A DNA stretch of 59,816 bases from an uncultured virus (IMG/VR IMGVR_UViG_3300042922_000886) (IMGVR_UViG_3300042922_000886:62001-121816); one strand, 5' to 3'; numbered from the stretch's first letter, positions 39,683 to 49,879 are shown. Numbers and translations: made by a program. Notes: generated by a model not told the origin, from the letters alone.

Positions 39683-40126
39683 ATCTTTATCCCCCCTCGC
39701 AAACTAATTATCGTTGTCTCACTCTATATAGTTGCAACGAGAGGGTAAATTATTCAATTTGGCAGACCTAATATTGTTCAAGGTTGTTCAGGTACTTTTA
39801 TTATAGATGATAAGCGATTTTCCGTACACTATTAAAATTCAATACAAGTTAGTTGCATATAAGAGATTTGATCAGTATTTGTATTGCGTTTCCGAAGAAG
39901 GTTTGAAACTTCTTGAGAGGATTTTTGAAGTGAGGATTACTGAGCTAGAATAGCCCATTAAAATACGGGCTTCATGGGGTGAGAAAAATGAAGTTGGGAT
40001 ATGCAGTAGTAGGTAAGTTATATGGAGAACCGTGGGAGAGCATGATTTACGAGGATGCTGAAGAATGTGATAGTGCTTATCGCGATCTAGTTAACGACAG
40101 TGATTATAGTGACTTAAAGAGATGTA

Positions 40127-40453
40127 ATGTTTATATCCATTACGAAGAATGGCGATGAAAGACGGATTTTATTTACTAGCGAAATAGGAAAAAATCACTG
40201 GAGGGAGTCTATGATAGGCAAGATTTCAGTAAGAGGCTGTATCGTTGCATTATCTGATGGTAACCTATCTGGACCTAGTGTACGTGTCTATTCATCAGAC
40301 AATAGAATTATTCTTGATAGATATTATACACAAATGTCCACCGCAATCGAACAGTACGGATACATCTTACTATCTCTATATGAGGGAATCGATTCATTCA
40401 GGTTAACGTCTAAAGTGTTGCCAAGTGACAACATCAAATGGGCTAGCATTTAG
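40127..40453 (+). CDS. Hypothetical protein (start likely ~40211)
   Basis: GGAGGGAG RBS before MIGKISV. Confidence 0.55.
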   Translation: MFISITKNGDERRILFTSEIGKNHWRESMIGKISVRGCIVALSDGNLSGPSVRVYSSDNRIILDRYYTQMSTAIEQYGYILLSLYEGIDSFRLTSKVLPSDNIKWASI

Positions 40454-40498
40454 AAAACAAATGAAAATTCATTTTCATTTGCCGGGAAGGATGATGCA

Positions 40499-40702
40499 AT
40501 GACGTACAACAATGTAAAGTATTGTAGTTTTGACTGTGAGGAAATAGGTGGAGTCTGCGATAACTGCATCCATTACGACTTCAATGGTGACGAGGAAGGC
40601 ATATATGTTGGAGATGGCTATTGTAACTATCACGAAGATCACTCAGAACCGCACAATGGGTGCGAAGATTTTGTTTGTCTTGGGGTGAGAAATAATGAAT
40701 AA
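40499..40702 (+). CDS. Cys-rich small protein
   Basis: CDNCIHY...YCNYH...CEDFVC. Confidence 0.65.
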   Translation: MTYNNVKYCSFDCEEIGGVCDNCIHYDFNGDEEGIYVGDGYCNYHEDHSEPHNGCEDFVCLGVRNNE

Positions 40703-41039
40703 AATTATAAAATACATAAATGAAACCGAAATATCGGCAGTGGTCGATTCTATTGTCAAAAACAACAAAGATATCTGGAGTGTAATCGAACAGATTAAGG
40801 AGTCTAGGATAGAGTATCAGAAAAAGTCGCAGGAGCTGCAGAATGAACTCGTTAAGTTGTTACCCGACTACAAAGTGGGTATGATCCTCGAGGCTAAAGA
40901 AGACTGTCTGAACAATTGGCGTAAGGGTGATCGTGTAGAAATAACACTCGTCAAAGGAAATGATTGTGTTTTAGATGGTGCGGCTGCTATCGATGAGAAA
41001 TGGATTCGTAAGTATTTTATGATCATTGGGAGCAAATGA
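40695..41039 (+). CDS. Hypothetical protein
   Basis: ORF track. Confidence 0.65.
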   Translation: MNKIIKYINETEISAVVDSIVKNNKDIWSVIEQIKESRIEYQKKSQELQNELVKLLPDYKVGMILEAKEDCLNNWRKGDRVEITLVKGNDCVLDGAAAIDEKWIRKYFMIIGSK

Positions 41040-41073
41040 AGTGCAGTGTGTATTTTTAGAAAGGAGATAGTGA

Positions 41074-41826
41074 TTGTTAGAAATAAACAAAATATATAAT
41101 GAGGATTGCATTGGATTAAACGGAATGCGTTTGATCCAAGATAAATCAATTAACTTAATTCTCGCTGACCTACCCTACGAGGAAACGCAAAATGTTTGGG
41201 ATTCTGTTATTACACCTGAAATAATGTGGAATGAGTATAAAAGAATCATTAAAGATAACGGGGTTATTGCACTTACTGCATCGTTTCAATTTGCTTCAAA
41301 GATATATGAGTCTAGAAAGGTTCCGTTTCGATATGATATAGTTTGGCGCAAAAATAAGAGCACAGGATTCTTAAATGCTAAGAAAATGCCACTACGTCAA
41401 CACGAACTAATTCTCATTTTTTACCGCAAACTGCCAGTTTATAATCCGCAAAAAACTACAGGTCATAAACCAGCGAATTCATATACTAAACATACTGGTG
41501 ATGGTAGCAATTATGGAAAAACTAAAATCGGGGTATCTGGTGGAGGACAGACAGATAGATATCCAACAAGTGTATGGGATATACCTGTGATGAATAATGA
41601 CTCGAAAGATAAATGGCATCCCACACAAAAACCTGTAGAGCTATTCGAAAGAATTATTAAAACATACTCCAATCAAGGCGATTTGGTATTGGATAACGCT
41701 AGTGGGTCAGGAACTACTGCTGAAGCTTGCATGAATACTCAGAGGGATTATATCTGCTTCGAAAAAGATAGAACATACTGGGAAAAATCGATTGCACGTA
41801 TTCATCGATTGAATAATAATACATAA
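41074..41826 (+). CDS. Beta-class amino (N6-A/N4-C) DNA methyltransferase
   Basis: LILADLPY; HPTQKPVEL; VLDNASGSGTT. Confidence 0.9.
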   Translation: MLEINKIYNEDCIGLNGMRLIQDKSINLILADLPYEETQNVWDSVITPEIMWNEYKRIIKDNGVIALTASFQFASKIYESRKVPFRYDIVWRKNKSTGFLNAKKMPLRQHELILIFYRKLPVYNPQKTTGHKPANSYTKHTGDGSNYGKTKIGVSGGGQTDRYPTSVWDIPVMNNDSKDKWHPTQKPVELFERIIKTYSNQGDLVLDNASGSGTTAEACMNTQRDYICFEKDRTYWEKSIARIHRLNNNT

Positions 41827-41863
41827 TTTATGCAAATAAAATGTTAGTTTAATTGGAGGAAGT

Positions 41864-42106
41864 ATGGGAGAGAACAATTTGACTTTGATTATTGGGGATG
41901 ATTGGGAAGGCATTTATCACGATGGACTACTGATTTATGAGGGACATGAAGTGCAAAGAAGAGAGTTAGTAAACTTAATGAAAAGCCATGAAACATTTAA
42001 TGTGGAATTTAAAGCGCTCAATGATATGGGGATTGATTGGTTGCATGAGGAAGGAAGTTTACCTGAATACATATCTGGAATCCCATATCAGTGTATCGAG
42101 CAATAA
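41864..42106 (+). CDS. Hypothetical protein
   Basis: DDWEGIY.DG motif; GGAGG RBS. Confidence 0.7.
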   Translation: MGENNLTLIIGDDWEGIYHDGLLIYEGHEVQRRELVNLMKSHETFNVEFKALNDMGIDWLHEEGSLPEYISGIPYQCIEQ

Positions 42107-42131
42107 AACCTGTATTTCATAGGGAGGAAAA

Positions 42132-42488
42132 ATGGAACAAATACAAAATCACGAAATTAAAGACATCTGGAGAATTAGAGACGGCTTACTGGTTGAGGTG
42201 TTTAAGTACAAATCTATTGGTCATCACAGTTATACTAAGAAGCAAGAAAAACGTGTTATGGGTTGCAAAGGATTGACAGTACTAACGTCTAGTTATACAG
42301 ACTCATATAGCAAGAAAACTTATTCCAAAGGAACACTTCTTTACAATAGTTGTCCAGTTGAACCGTTGGATGATAAGAGTCAATTTAAATTTGAAATTAA
42401 GTCGAGCGGCGGATCAATCTTTGGTTCGGTTAATGAAATTGAAAAAGTGTTAAAAGACATTGAAAACTTGATGAGAAAATATCAATAA
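42132..42488 (+). CDS. Hypothetical protein
   Basis: ORF track; GGGAGG RBS. Confidence 0.7.
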   Translation: MEQIQNHEIKDIWRIRDGLLVEVFKYKSIGHHSYTKKQEKRVMGCKGLTVLTSSYTDSYSKKTYSKGTLLYNSCPVEPLDDKSQFKFEIKSSGGSIFGSVNEIEKVLKDIENLMRKYQ

Positions 42489-42513
42489 AAATTGGATTAA
42501 TACTGGAGTCGAT

Positions 42514-42834
42514 TTGTTGATTAGAAGATTTAAAACAACTGTTATCCGAGAAGACGAATACATAATTGAGATCGATGATGAAGTTATTGACGAAGAATGG
42601 ATGAAAAAGTATAGTGAGGACTTTAGAAACATTCCTTCGCTCAAAGGACATATTGAAAATCTAGCTTGGAATCGAATGGTCAATGGCGAGGACTTTTATG
42701 AAGGATATGGAAACGTGTTGCATGACGGAGCAATAGCTTGGCAAGCAACCGGATATGTTGAGAAAGGTATTAACATTAAAGTTGTAAATAAGGATGATAT
42801 TGAAGTATTTGCCGAAGAGATGTTAAGGATTTAA
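42514..42834 (+). CDS. Hypothetical protein
   Basis: ORF track. Confidence 0.65.
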   Translation: MLIRRFKTTVIREDEYIIEIDDEVIDEEWMKKYSEDFRNIPSLKGHIENLAWNRMVNGEDFYEGYGNVLHDGAIAWQATGYVEKGINIKVVNKDDIEVFAEEMLRI

Positions 42835-42916
42835 TATTGGATTCAAAAGTTGATTATAGTAACGAAATCTTACTTAATGATTATCAAAATTATTAATAAA
42901 AAATAAAAGGAGTGTA

Positions 42917-43177
42917 TTGAAAATGATTTTACATCCTGATGGACGAGTAGAGGGTACAGCCGAAGAGTTGATTATGTGGAAAGAAATGCTGTCAAAAAAA
43001 GTAGAACAGGAATATTACAAGAAGTTCACCTCGAGTGGAAAAGGTTATACACCATGGATTACTGGAACAACTAGTGTTAGCACTGGAAACTGTCCAAATG
43101 AAGGTGGACCATGTTATTGTACAGGCGCATGCAGAGGTGGGACTATTACGTATGGCGGAAAGGAGGCGAATCATTGA
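42917..43177 (+). CDS. Hypothetical protein with CPNEGGPCYCTGAC motif
   Basis: ORF track; AAAGGAG RBS. Confidence 0.65.
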   Translation: MKMILHPDGRVEGTAEELIMWKEMLSKKVEQEYYKKFTSSGKGYTPWITGTTSVSTGNCPNEGGPCYCTGACRGGTITYGGKEANH

Positions 43178-43539
43178 ATAAAGAAACACAATTAAGGGCG
43201 GAGAACCAAAAGTATAAAATTATTGCAGCGTTGCGCGAGGCTGGTGCAAGTGGCTTAACGAATGCACAGCTCTCCAAAATTGCACTTCGATACAATGCTC
43301 GAATTCAAGAAATGTATGTTCTCGGCTTTGGCATAAGCACAGTCCCAATGTCAGGCGGACTAACTAGATATGTATTAAACTCAGAACCTAAATCGATACA
43401 TAGCAAGCCCGATCACGCTTTGAATATCCTCATTAAAGAGATAGATAAGTGCGGAGGCAATGTTGATAAGGAACAGTTGCTAGGCTTATTGGAAGCTAAT
43501 AATTTCACAGTGAGACGTAAAGTTGGTTCATTCAGTTAA
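43174..43539 (+). CDS. Winged-helix DNA-binding protein
   Basis: GLTNAQLSKIALRYNARIQEM; start moved to TTG after AAGGAGG. Confidence 0.65.
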   Translation: MNKETQLRAENQKYKIIAALREAGASGLTNAQLSKIALRYNARIQEMYVLGFGISTVPMSGGLTRYVLNSEPKSIHSKPDHALNILIKEIDKCGGNVDKEQLLGLLEANNFTVRRKVGSFS

Positions 43540-43583
43540 AATAAATGAATAGAAAAAGAATTTAATGGACGAGGAGTGGTCTA

Positions 43584-44135
43584 ATGAGTAAATTCTTTAC
43601 TGATTTGAAGGAAGTTTTAATCAATGCAGGTAGTCAAAACAATATTAATGCTTGCGGGTATTATAATGCACTCCTTCAAAATAGTAATATGCTGGATGAA
43701 ATCATTGAATCATATAAAATAAACAATATGTATATAACATGGCATCCTGATGATACCGGTGATTACACTGACGGTTTGATTCTAATTTCGTTTAGAGATT
43801 ATCGCGATGGAAATTTCAAGTATAAAATACAACTTACATCGGAGCAGTCATGGGACGGATATTGTGAGTGTACTCCTGAAACACCGCACTACAACCCAAA
43901 ATATGATTGTTCGGGATACTGTGACTGGTATATCCCAACATTTTCAATTGAAAAACACACAGATATTGGACATGAGAAATTTAAAGGTTATGCAAAAGAT
44001 ATGTGGGAATTAGACGCTCAATGGCAAGAAGAACTTGGAATCCACGAAGATGATAAAACAGCTGAACAAATTGCAAATATTAATCTTCAAATTGAACAAC
44101 TTCTGAAGCGTAAAGAGGCGCTTAGAAATAAATAA
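43584..44135 (+). CDS. Hypothetical protein
   Basis: ORF track; GAGGAG RBS. Confidence 0.7.
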   Translation: MSKFFTDLKEVLINAGSQNNINACGYYNALLQNSNMLDEIIESYKINNMYITWHPDDTGDYTDGLILISFRDYRDGNFKYKIQLTSEQSWDGYCECTPETPHYNPKYDCSGYCDWYIPTFSIEKHTDIGHEKFKGYAKDMWELDAQWQEELGIHEDDKTAEQIANINLQIEQLLKRKEALRNK

Positions 44136-44161
44136 ATTCGTGATTTCATTGAGGAGAGAAA

Positions 44162-44491
44162 ATGAAAAAGATATTTTTTGACATTGATAATGGAGAAGTA
44201 GTGAAACCGAGAAATATCACAGCGCCAGCATATTTAGCTGTGATAGAAGATGAAAGTTTAAAAATTACCGAACTGTACTCATGTTTTAGCAAATTTAAGC
44301 TTGAAGCATACGGTTATAAGTGGGAGAATGCTATGCTTCATCAGGATTGTTTTGAGTGGGTTAACTATTCATGGTTGATGAAGAGTTTACGAAAATATAT
44401 ATTGTTGATTGCGAAGCGCAGTGATAAAGATGACTATGAAGATGAGTATAGAGAGCATTATAGGTATTTGAGATTCTGGAAGAGGCATTGA
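44162..44491 (+). CDS. Hypothetical protein
   Basis: ORF track. Confidence 0.65.
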   Translation: MKKIFFDIDNGEVVKPRNITAPAYLAVIEDESLKITELYSCFSKFKLEAYGYKWENAMLHQDCFEWVNYSWLMKSLRKYILLIAKRSDKDDYEDEYREHYRYLRFWKRH

Positions 44492-44521
44492 AATTGTAAT
44501 TTTATAAAGAGGTGTATTTGA

Positions 44522-44719
44522 ATGATGGGAAAAGTTAAATGGTTCATCCAAGAACTTGGATACGGCTACTTTACTTCGGATGACGGAATAGATATTTTTG
44601 TATCAGTTAAAAACCCTTTCGAACAGTCGTTTATACAAGGAGACAGAGTAAAGTTTGATCTAATTGAGTGCCAATATGGTGGTCTGACAGCTATAAACAC
44701 TGAGAAGATAAAAATATAA
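44522..44719 (+). CDS. Cold-shock domain protein (degenerate)
   Basis: GKVKWF...GYGYF...DIFV...GDRVKF. Confidence 0.8.
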   Translation: MMGKVKWFIQELGYGYFTSDDGIDIFVSVKNPFEQSFIQGDRVKFDLIECQYGGLTAINTEKIKI

Positions 44720-44748
44720 TTTATCTACAAATTGAAGGAGAGATAGAT

Positions 44749-45060
44749 TTGTTAAAGATTGAGGATAAAAATATTACAGGTTTTACAGTTAAAGTTTTAA
44801 ATAAAAAAGTAGTTATTGAAATGCCAATTGCCAATCTGGTTAGAGGTTTTAATCTGAGTCCTAATAATTATGGCGAATGTAAGATTAAACGAGGTAAAAG
44901 ACAAGAATTTGCGAAATGGTTGGTTGAAAATCTTTTAGATGAAGCAAACGTGGATACAGGTGATAATTTTATTGTAACTATGCTAGACAGTGTCTATGAA
45001 AGAGCATATGAAGGCGCAGAAGACGAGTTTGTTAAGTACGGATATGACGTTGAAGAGTAA
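44749..45060 (+). CDS. Hypothetical protein
   Basis: ORF track; AAGGAG RBS. Confidence 0.65.
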   Translation: MLKIEDKNITGFTVKVLNKKVVIEMPIANLVRGFNLSPNNYGECKIKRGKRQEFAKWLVENLLDEANVDTGDNFIVTMLDSVYERAYEGAEDEFVKYGYDVEE

Positions 45061-45099
45061 ATAAAATAGGAAATTTATCTGCCGAGCAAGGAGGGAGTA

Positions 45100-45210
45100 A
45101 TCATTATTGACCCGACTCAAGATGGTATATCTCACATAAATATCTATAGCCAAGGCAAGACAGAGCTTGGACGGATGTTAAGCAACTTCTATGGGTATGG
45201 ATGGAGGTAA
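45100..45210 (+). pseudogene. N-terminal remnant of a phage protein (DGISHINIYSQGKTELGRMLSNF)
   Basis: Read by hand; AAGGAGGGAG RBS; stops where the HNH gene RBS begins. Confidence 0.5.
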
Positions 45211-45856
45211 AATTATTACAAAATATATTGATATAACAGGTGAAAAATTTGGTAGGTGGACAGTTATTGAAAGAGGAAAAAATGACAAAAACGGCAAAGC
45301 GATGTGGTTATGTCAATGTGAATGCGGAAGTCAACCAAGAGAAGTAAACAGTTCGAGTTTAAGAAATGGCGTATCAAATAGTTGTGGTTGTCTAAATCTG
45401 GAGAAAATTAGTAGTAGGTTTAAACTACACGGAAAATCAAAGACCAGATTGAATAATATTTGGTTTAACATGAAACAGCGTTGTTATAATTCAAAAAATC
45501 CAAATTACGCTGATTATGGTGGTAGAGGCATTAAGATTTGCGATGAATGGCTTAATGATTTTTTAAATTTCTATAATTGGTCAATTGAGAATGGACATTC
45601 GGATGAATTAAGTATTGAAAGAATAAATGTAAATGGAGATTATGATAAACATAATTGTAAATGGGCAACTGATTTAGAACAGGCAAACAATAAAAGAAAT
45701 AATGTTTACATTACAATTAACAATGTGACTAGAACTGCGGCTCAATGGGAGAAAGATAGCGGAATAAATAAATCGACTTTTAGAAATAGAATTCGAAGAG
45801 GACTTCAAGGCGAAGAATTGTTGAGTATTAATAGAAGTAAAAATATAAAGTTATAG
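45191..45856 (+). CDS. HNH-type homing endonuclease
   Basis: DITGEKFGRWTV...WLCQCECG...YGGRGIKIC.EW...SIERINVNGDY...NCKWA. Confidence 0.85.
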   Translation: MGMDGGKIITKYIDITGEKFGRWTVIERGKNDKNGKAMWLCQCECGSQPREVNSSSLRNGVSNSCGCLNLEKISSRFKLHGKSKTRLNNIWFNMKQRCYNSKNPNYADYGGRGIKICDEWLNDFLNFYNWSIENGHSDELSIERINVNGDYDKHNCKWATDLEQANNKRNNVYITINNVTRTAAQWEKDSGINKSTFRNRIRRGLQGEELLSINRSKNIKL

Positions 45857-45965
45857 TTAATTGAAGCCATTAGAAATGGTATTTGATTCAGGAACACACT
45901 TAGTGAATACTAAAAATATCAATAAAGTTTTGCTCGAATGAATGAGCAAATAAAAGGAGACAATT

Positions 45966-46616
45966 TTGGATAAGGTTAAATTAAAATATATAAAAATACG
46001 GCTTGAATTAGAAAAACAACAATTGACAGATATGCTTCCTGAAGAATTCAGAGAAAGGTTTCAAAAACTTGCATATATAGCCGGTGGATGTATTTACTCA
46101 ATTTATAATAACACAGAACCAAAAGATTATGATTTCTTTTTACGTGATAGTAAATTAGCCAATGATTTGAGAAAATATTTTATTTCACTATCAGGTTATC
46201 ACGGGAAAACAGTGTCAGGTGGTATGTATAAAGATAGTTCCTTAGTAGTAACTGAAAATGCCGTTACACTCGGAAAGCATCAGATAATCACTCGTTGGGT
46301 AGGTGAACCGATGGAAGTTTGTGGAGAATTCGATTTTTGCCATCTTCAGTACTACTACGATGGCAACGAAATTGAAACAATCAGTGATTTTGAATTTCTA
46401 GAAAGTAAGACATTGCGATACAACGAGAGTCGTGCGCGGGACATCGTTGGTTCGGTAATGAGGCTGAATAAATTCGTTGAACGGGGGATGAAAGCCCCGC
46501 AAAAAGAAGTGAGTAAAATGTTGCTCAAATTAAAAGAAGTCGGGTTCAATGAGCGCGAAGTTGAAATTTTAGAAGAAGCAAAAGAAAGGTCTGATACAGA
46601 TCATTTTGGTTCGTGA
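45966..46616 (+). CDS. Nucleotidyltransferase-like protein (poly(A) polymerase/CCA head-like motif)
   Basis: YIAGGCIYS...KDYDFF; FDF; R..KF.ERG. Confidence 0.65.
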   Translation: MDKVKLKYIKIRLELEKQQLTDMLPEEFRERFQKLAYIAGGCIYSIYNNTEPKDYDFFLRDSKLANDLRKYFISLSGYHGKTVSGGMYKDSSLVVTENAVTLGKHQIITRWVGEPMEVCGEFDFCHLQYYYDGNEIETISDFEFLESKTLRYNESRARDIVGSVMRLNKFVERGMKAPQKEVSKMLLKLKEVGFNEREVEILEEAKERSDTDHFGS

Positions 46617-46819
46617 GGTGCATAATGGTTAATCATTTTGTTTTAACAGATGAAGAGTTAGTTGACGAATTAATTGATCTTATCGAGTGCTCGGTCGAAG
46701 TCGACTACGATCTTGTTGATAATGACTTTGACATCAATACTGACTGCAGTTTTCATTACAAGAGAAACAGAGAGTATCACGAAATTCGTAAAGAACTGTT
46801 ATATAGATTGAGCAAATAA
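46613..46819 (+). CDS. Hypothetical acidic protein
   Basis: ORF track; GAGGTG RBS. Confidence 0.6.
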   Translation: MRCIMVNHFVLTDEELVDELIDLIECSVEVDYDLVDNDFDINTDCSFHYKRNREYHEIRKELLYRLSK

Positions 46820-46864
46820 AATAAAAGAGTATTTTCATTGACCTAAGAATAGGGAGGAAACGAG

Positions 46865-47758
46865 TTGAAAGCAAGTACAAATGAAGATTTCAAATTGATT
46901 GCAATTAAAACAAAAGATAGAGTATACATTTCTGACAATATTACTAATTCGAGTTATTTCAATTCACAAATTAAATATTTCCTATTCGATGAAACGGAAG
47001 CAAAAAGTACATATAAGAGCGACTGGTACGAGGTTTCCGCGATTCCCAATAAAATAGAAAAGAGAATTCCTAAGCAAGTTATTAAATCTTGGTATGAGTT
47101 GAAGGAGGCACATTATAATACTAGTTTACCAAGAGTACTTTATAGCAAAGATTTCGCGGAAGATGGAGAATACGAATCAGTTTATGGACTTTATCAGATT
47201 AAAAATGAATATGATGAAGGTGGATTAGAATCTATTAAATTTCAACTAAACGTTATTGAAGAACTCGATGATTTTGTTATTACAAGAAGTGACTACGAAC
47301 TACAACATCCAATTCTTGATAAGATTCAAACACATCCGATTTTACTCACAACTAAACACTGTAGCCTAAGCAGAGAAGATAGTTATAAAATTGTACGTAA
47401 ATATATTAAAGAAAATATTAATCATAAATATGCAACCATTACAAGTGACTATGATTTTTGCTTTACAGTTGCAAAGAAAATTGACCATGATCCTGAACCT
47501 TATCAAGTTAATGTAGGCAAAAGAAAACCGAAGTATGAAACAAGATATCAGAGAACACGAACAGTAAAGACTTACGAAATTGCCCCAAAAGCATATCAAA
47601 ACTATCCTGTAATTGAGCCATTTCAAGGTAAAAATGAACAGGACCTAAAAAATAATATTCAATCATATTTGGATGAAGTTATGGCAGTTATTAATAAACC
47701 ACTTGTTGAATGTGAGCATTGCAAAGGATTGGGGGTTGTAAAGACAAATGAAATTTAA
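46865..47758 (+). CDS. Phage protein with C-terminal CxxCxGxG
   Basis: ITSDYDFCFTV; CEHCKGLG. Confidence 0.7.
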   Translation: MKASTNEDFKLIAIKTKDRVYISDNITNSSYFNSQIKYFLFDETEAKSTYKSDWYEVSAIPNKIEKRIPKQVIKSWYELKEAHYNTSLPRVLYSKDFAEDGEYESVYGLYQIKNEYDEGGLESIKFQLNVIEELDDFVITRSDYELQHPILDKIQTHPILLTTKHCSLSREDSYKIVRKYIKENINHKYATITSDYDFCFTVAKKIDHDPEPYQVNVGKRKPKYETRYQRTRTVKTYEIAPKAYQNYPVIEPFQGKNEQDLKNNIQSYLDEVMAVINKPLVECEHCKGLGVVKTNEI

Positions 47759-48017
47759 GACAAGTTTTCTGAGAAAAGAACTTGATTTGCCTGATGCCGC
47801 GATTAAAGACGAGATTACTGATACTTCCCGATGGAGTATCCATCATAGAATTGTTTTTGAACATAATGGCATATTTTATCAAACCTACTATTCTGTCGGA
47901 GCAACAGAGATGCAAGATGAAGGTCCATGGGAGCATGAGTCAGAAGTTGATTGTGTTGAGGTTGAATTAAAACCGACAACCGTTATGAAGTGGGTTCCTG
48001 TTAAAAATAATAAATAA
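47748..48017 (+). CDS. Hypothetical phage protein
   Basis: SRWSIHH...YSVGATEMQDEGPWE. Confidence 0.7.
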   Translation: MKFKTSFLRKELDLPDAAIKDEITDTSRWSIHHRIVFEHNGIFYQTYYSVGATEMQDEGPWEHESEVDCVEVELKPTTVMKWVPVKNNK

Positions 48018-48097
48018 AACTATGCAATAATAAATATATGTGATAATATTAAAATGAAGGTGAATGCCCCTTTCATATTAATATAAATATTAGGGAG

Positions 48098-48322
48098 ATG
48101 AAACAAGTGAATATTGAGTCAATGCAAGTAGTGTCCGAACGTAACGGTTTTGTCATACGTGAAGACAAGGATAATCGTTTCAAGTATGTTGTTTATCATC
48201 CTAATTTCGATGGTGTATATATCGATGCATTTAAGTACCTAGAAGAAGCTGAAGAGTTTTGCGATGAAGAAGACCCAGTTGTTTGTGCCGAAGATATTCA
48301 AAATGGCTTCCTATGTACATAA
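48098..48322 (+). CDS. Hypothetical protein
   Basis: ORF track; AGGGAG RBS. Confidence 0.65.
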   Translation: MKQVNIESMQVVSERNGFVIREDKDNRFKYVVYHPNFDGVYIDAFKYLEEAEEFCDEEDPVVCAEDIQNGFLCT

Positions 48323-48460
48323 TTTACGATTGCTTTAAAAAAGAAAACATTCGGATTTATAAGGTTTTTGAAGATTTTCCCTTCATTGAGTATTTATCTC
48401 GAGACGACATAAATACTGGCGGATTTTACATGATTACAACTGAAGAGAGGGGAATAAAGA

Positions 48461-49294
48461 ATTAAACTTGATATCACAGGACAAAAATTTGGGAAACTCA
48501 CTGCAATTAAATATGTTGGCAAAGATAATCGACGTGGATCATTGTGGTTATGCGAATGTAATTGCGAACAAAAGACTCAAAAAATCTGCAAACTAGGCAA
48601 ATTAAAAAGTGGAGGAGTTAAAAGTTGCGGTTGTTTAGGAACTAATAACACCCACAGCCTTTCTAATCATAGGCTATACAAGATTTGGAGCGGTATGAAG
48701 ATTCGCTGTTATGACCGCAATGAACCTAATTATCCTAATTACGGAGGCAGGGGCATTAAAGTTTGTGATGAATGGTTTAATAAAGAAAATGGTTTCATTA
48801 ATTTTTATAATTGGGCAATAGAAAATGAATACCGAGGTGATCTATCAATTGATCGAATCGATGTTAACGGGAACTATGAACCTTCGAATTGCAGATGGGC
48901 CACAAGGAAGGTCCAAGGAAATAATAAAAGAAACAATAGAGTAATAGAAATAAACGGAGAAGAAAAGACAATAACTGAGTGGGCTGATGAATATAAGTTA
49001 AATCCTTCCACATTTATCCACAGAATAAAGCTAGGTATATCCGGAGACCTGTTGTTATCCCCTGCTGGCTCGGTTCCTAAAATACCTTCTCATACTCGCA
49101 AAATAGTTCAGTTAACATTAGATGGCAAATTCATAAGAGAATATAATTCTTCTATGGAGGCGGAGAGGGTGAATGAAGGCGTGAGGGCAAATTGTATAAC
49201 AAGAGCCTGTCAAGGAAAAATAAGACATCATAAAGGATATAGGTGGATTTATAAAGAAAACTATAATGCAAAGAATGAAAACGATGAGAATTAA
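48461..49294 (+). CDS. HNH-type homing endonuclease with C-terminal NUMOD1-like domain; start extended to ATT
   Basis: In-frame KLDITGQKFGKLT upstream of track start 48542; SIDRIDVNGNYEPSNCRWA; IVQLTLDGKFIREY...KGYRW. Confidence 0.85.
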   Translation: MKLDITGQKFGKLTAIKYVGKDNRRGSLWLCECNCEQKTQKICKLGKLKSGGVKSCGCLGTNNTHSLSNHRLYKIWSGMKIRCYDRNEPNYPNYGGRGIKVCDEWFNKENGFINFYNWAIENEYRGDLSIDRIDVNGNYEPSNCRWATRKVQGNNKRNNRVIEINGEEKTITEWADEYKLNPSTFIHRIKLGISGDLLLSPAGSVPKIPSHTRKIVQLTLDGKFIREYNSSMEAERVNEGVRANCITRACQGKIRHHKGYRWIYKENYNAKNENDEN

Positions 49295-49385
49295 TGAATT
49301 TTAAAAGTCCAGTTATGTATCTTGGAATCCAAGAGAGCCTTGAAAGATAAAGCTGATATATGGTCGAAAATACATATATAACCGG

Positions 49386-49415
49386 TTGATATACGAACGT
49401 TTGTTCGATTATAAT
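49386..49415 (+). promoter_or_regulatory. Sigma-A promoter with a consensus LexA box in the spacer
   Basis: TTGATA 49386-49391; CGAAC-GTTT-GTTCG 49394-49407; TATAAT 49410-49415. Confidence 0.85.
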
Positions 49416-49431
49416 AAAGAAAAACCAGCAG

Positions 49432-49824
49432 GTGATACATATGACCAAACCGGTACAATCTGAGGAAGAACTCAGCCTTATAAAAGAATATGTCCTTTAC
49501 TCTGTTATCATGGATACTATAGAGAAAGACATTGTAACAATGAAGGAAGTTAAACTGAAGATGGCAGAAGTATACACTCGTTCGCTTCGAAAAGTACAGA
49601 ATGCTGCAACCGAAAAACATTCTCGGGTTAGAAAAGAACTGAGGAATCGTGGAATCAAGGTTTATGAAGAAATTCGAGACAGGGAACATCTTAAATCAAA
49701 ATTTATTTGCCGAGGCTATCATGGCGAGTTGCTGATTTTGTGGAACGTAATAAAAGTTGAAGTTGAGGAGCGACTATATACGTATATGGATATCGATCCA
49801 AATGAAGATACATTGATACCATGA
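49432..49824 (+). CDS. Putatively SOS-regulated hypothetical protein
   Basis: First gene behind the LexA box; AGGTGA RBS. Confidence 0.75.
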   Translation: MIHMTKPVQSEEELSLIKEYVLYSVIMDTIEKDIVTMKEVKLKMAEVYTRSLRKVQNAATEKHSRVRKELRNRGIKVYEEIRDREHLKSKFICRGYHGELLILWNVIKVEVEERLYTYMDIDPNEDTLIP

Positions 49825-49879
49825 ATTTATTTTCATGAAATATAATGGATAGATTTTTTATCCAAACGAGGTGAAAATC

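Noticed and set aside
45191..49294. Group I introns housing the HNH genes
   Set aside because: The flanks are too short for a ribozyme core, and I could not identify a downstream exon.
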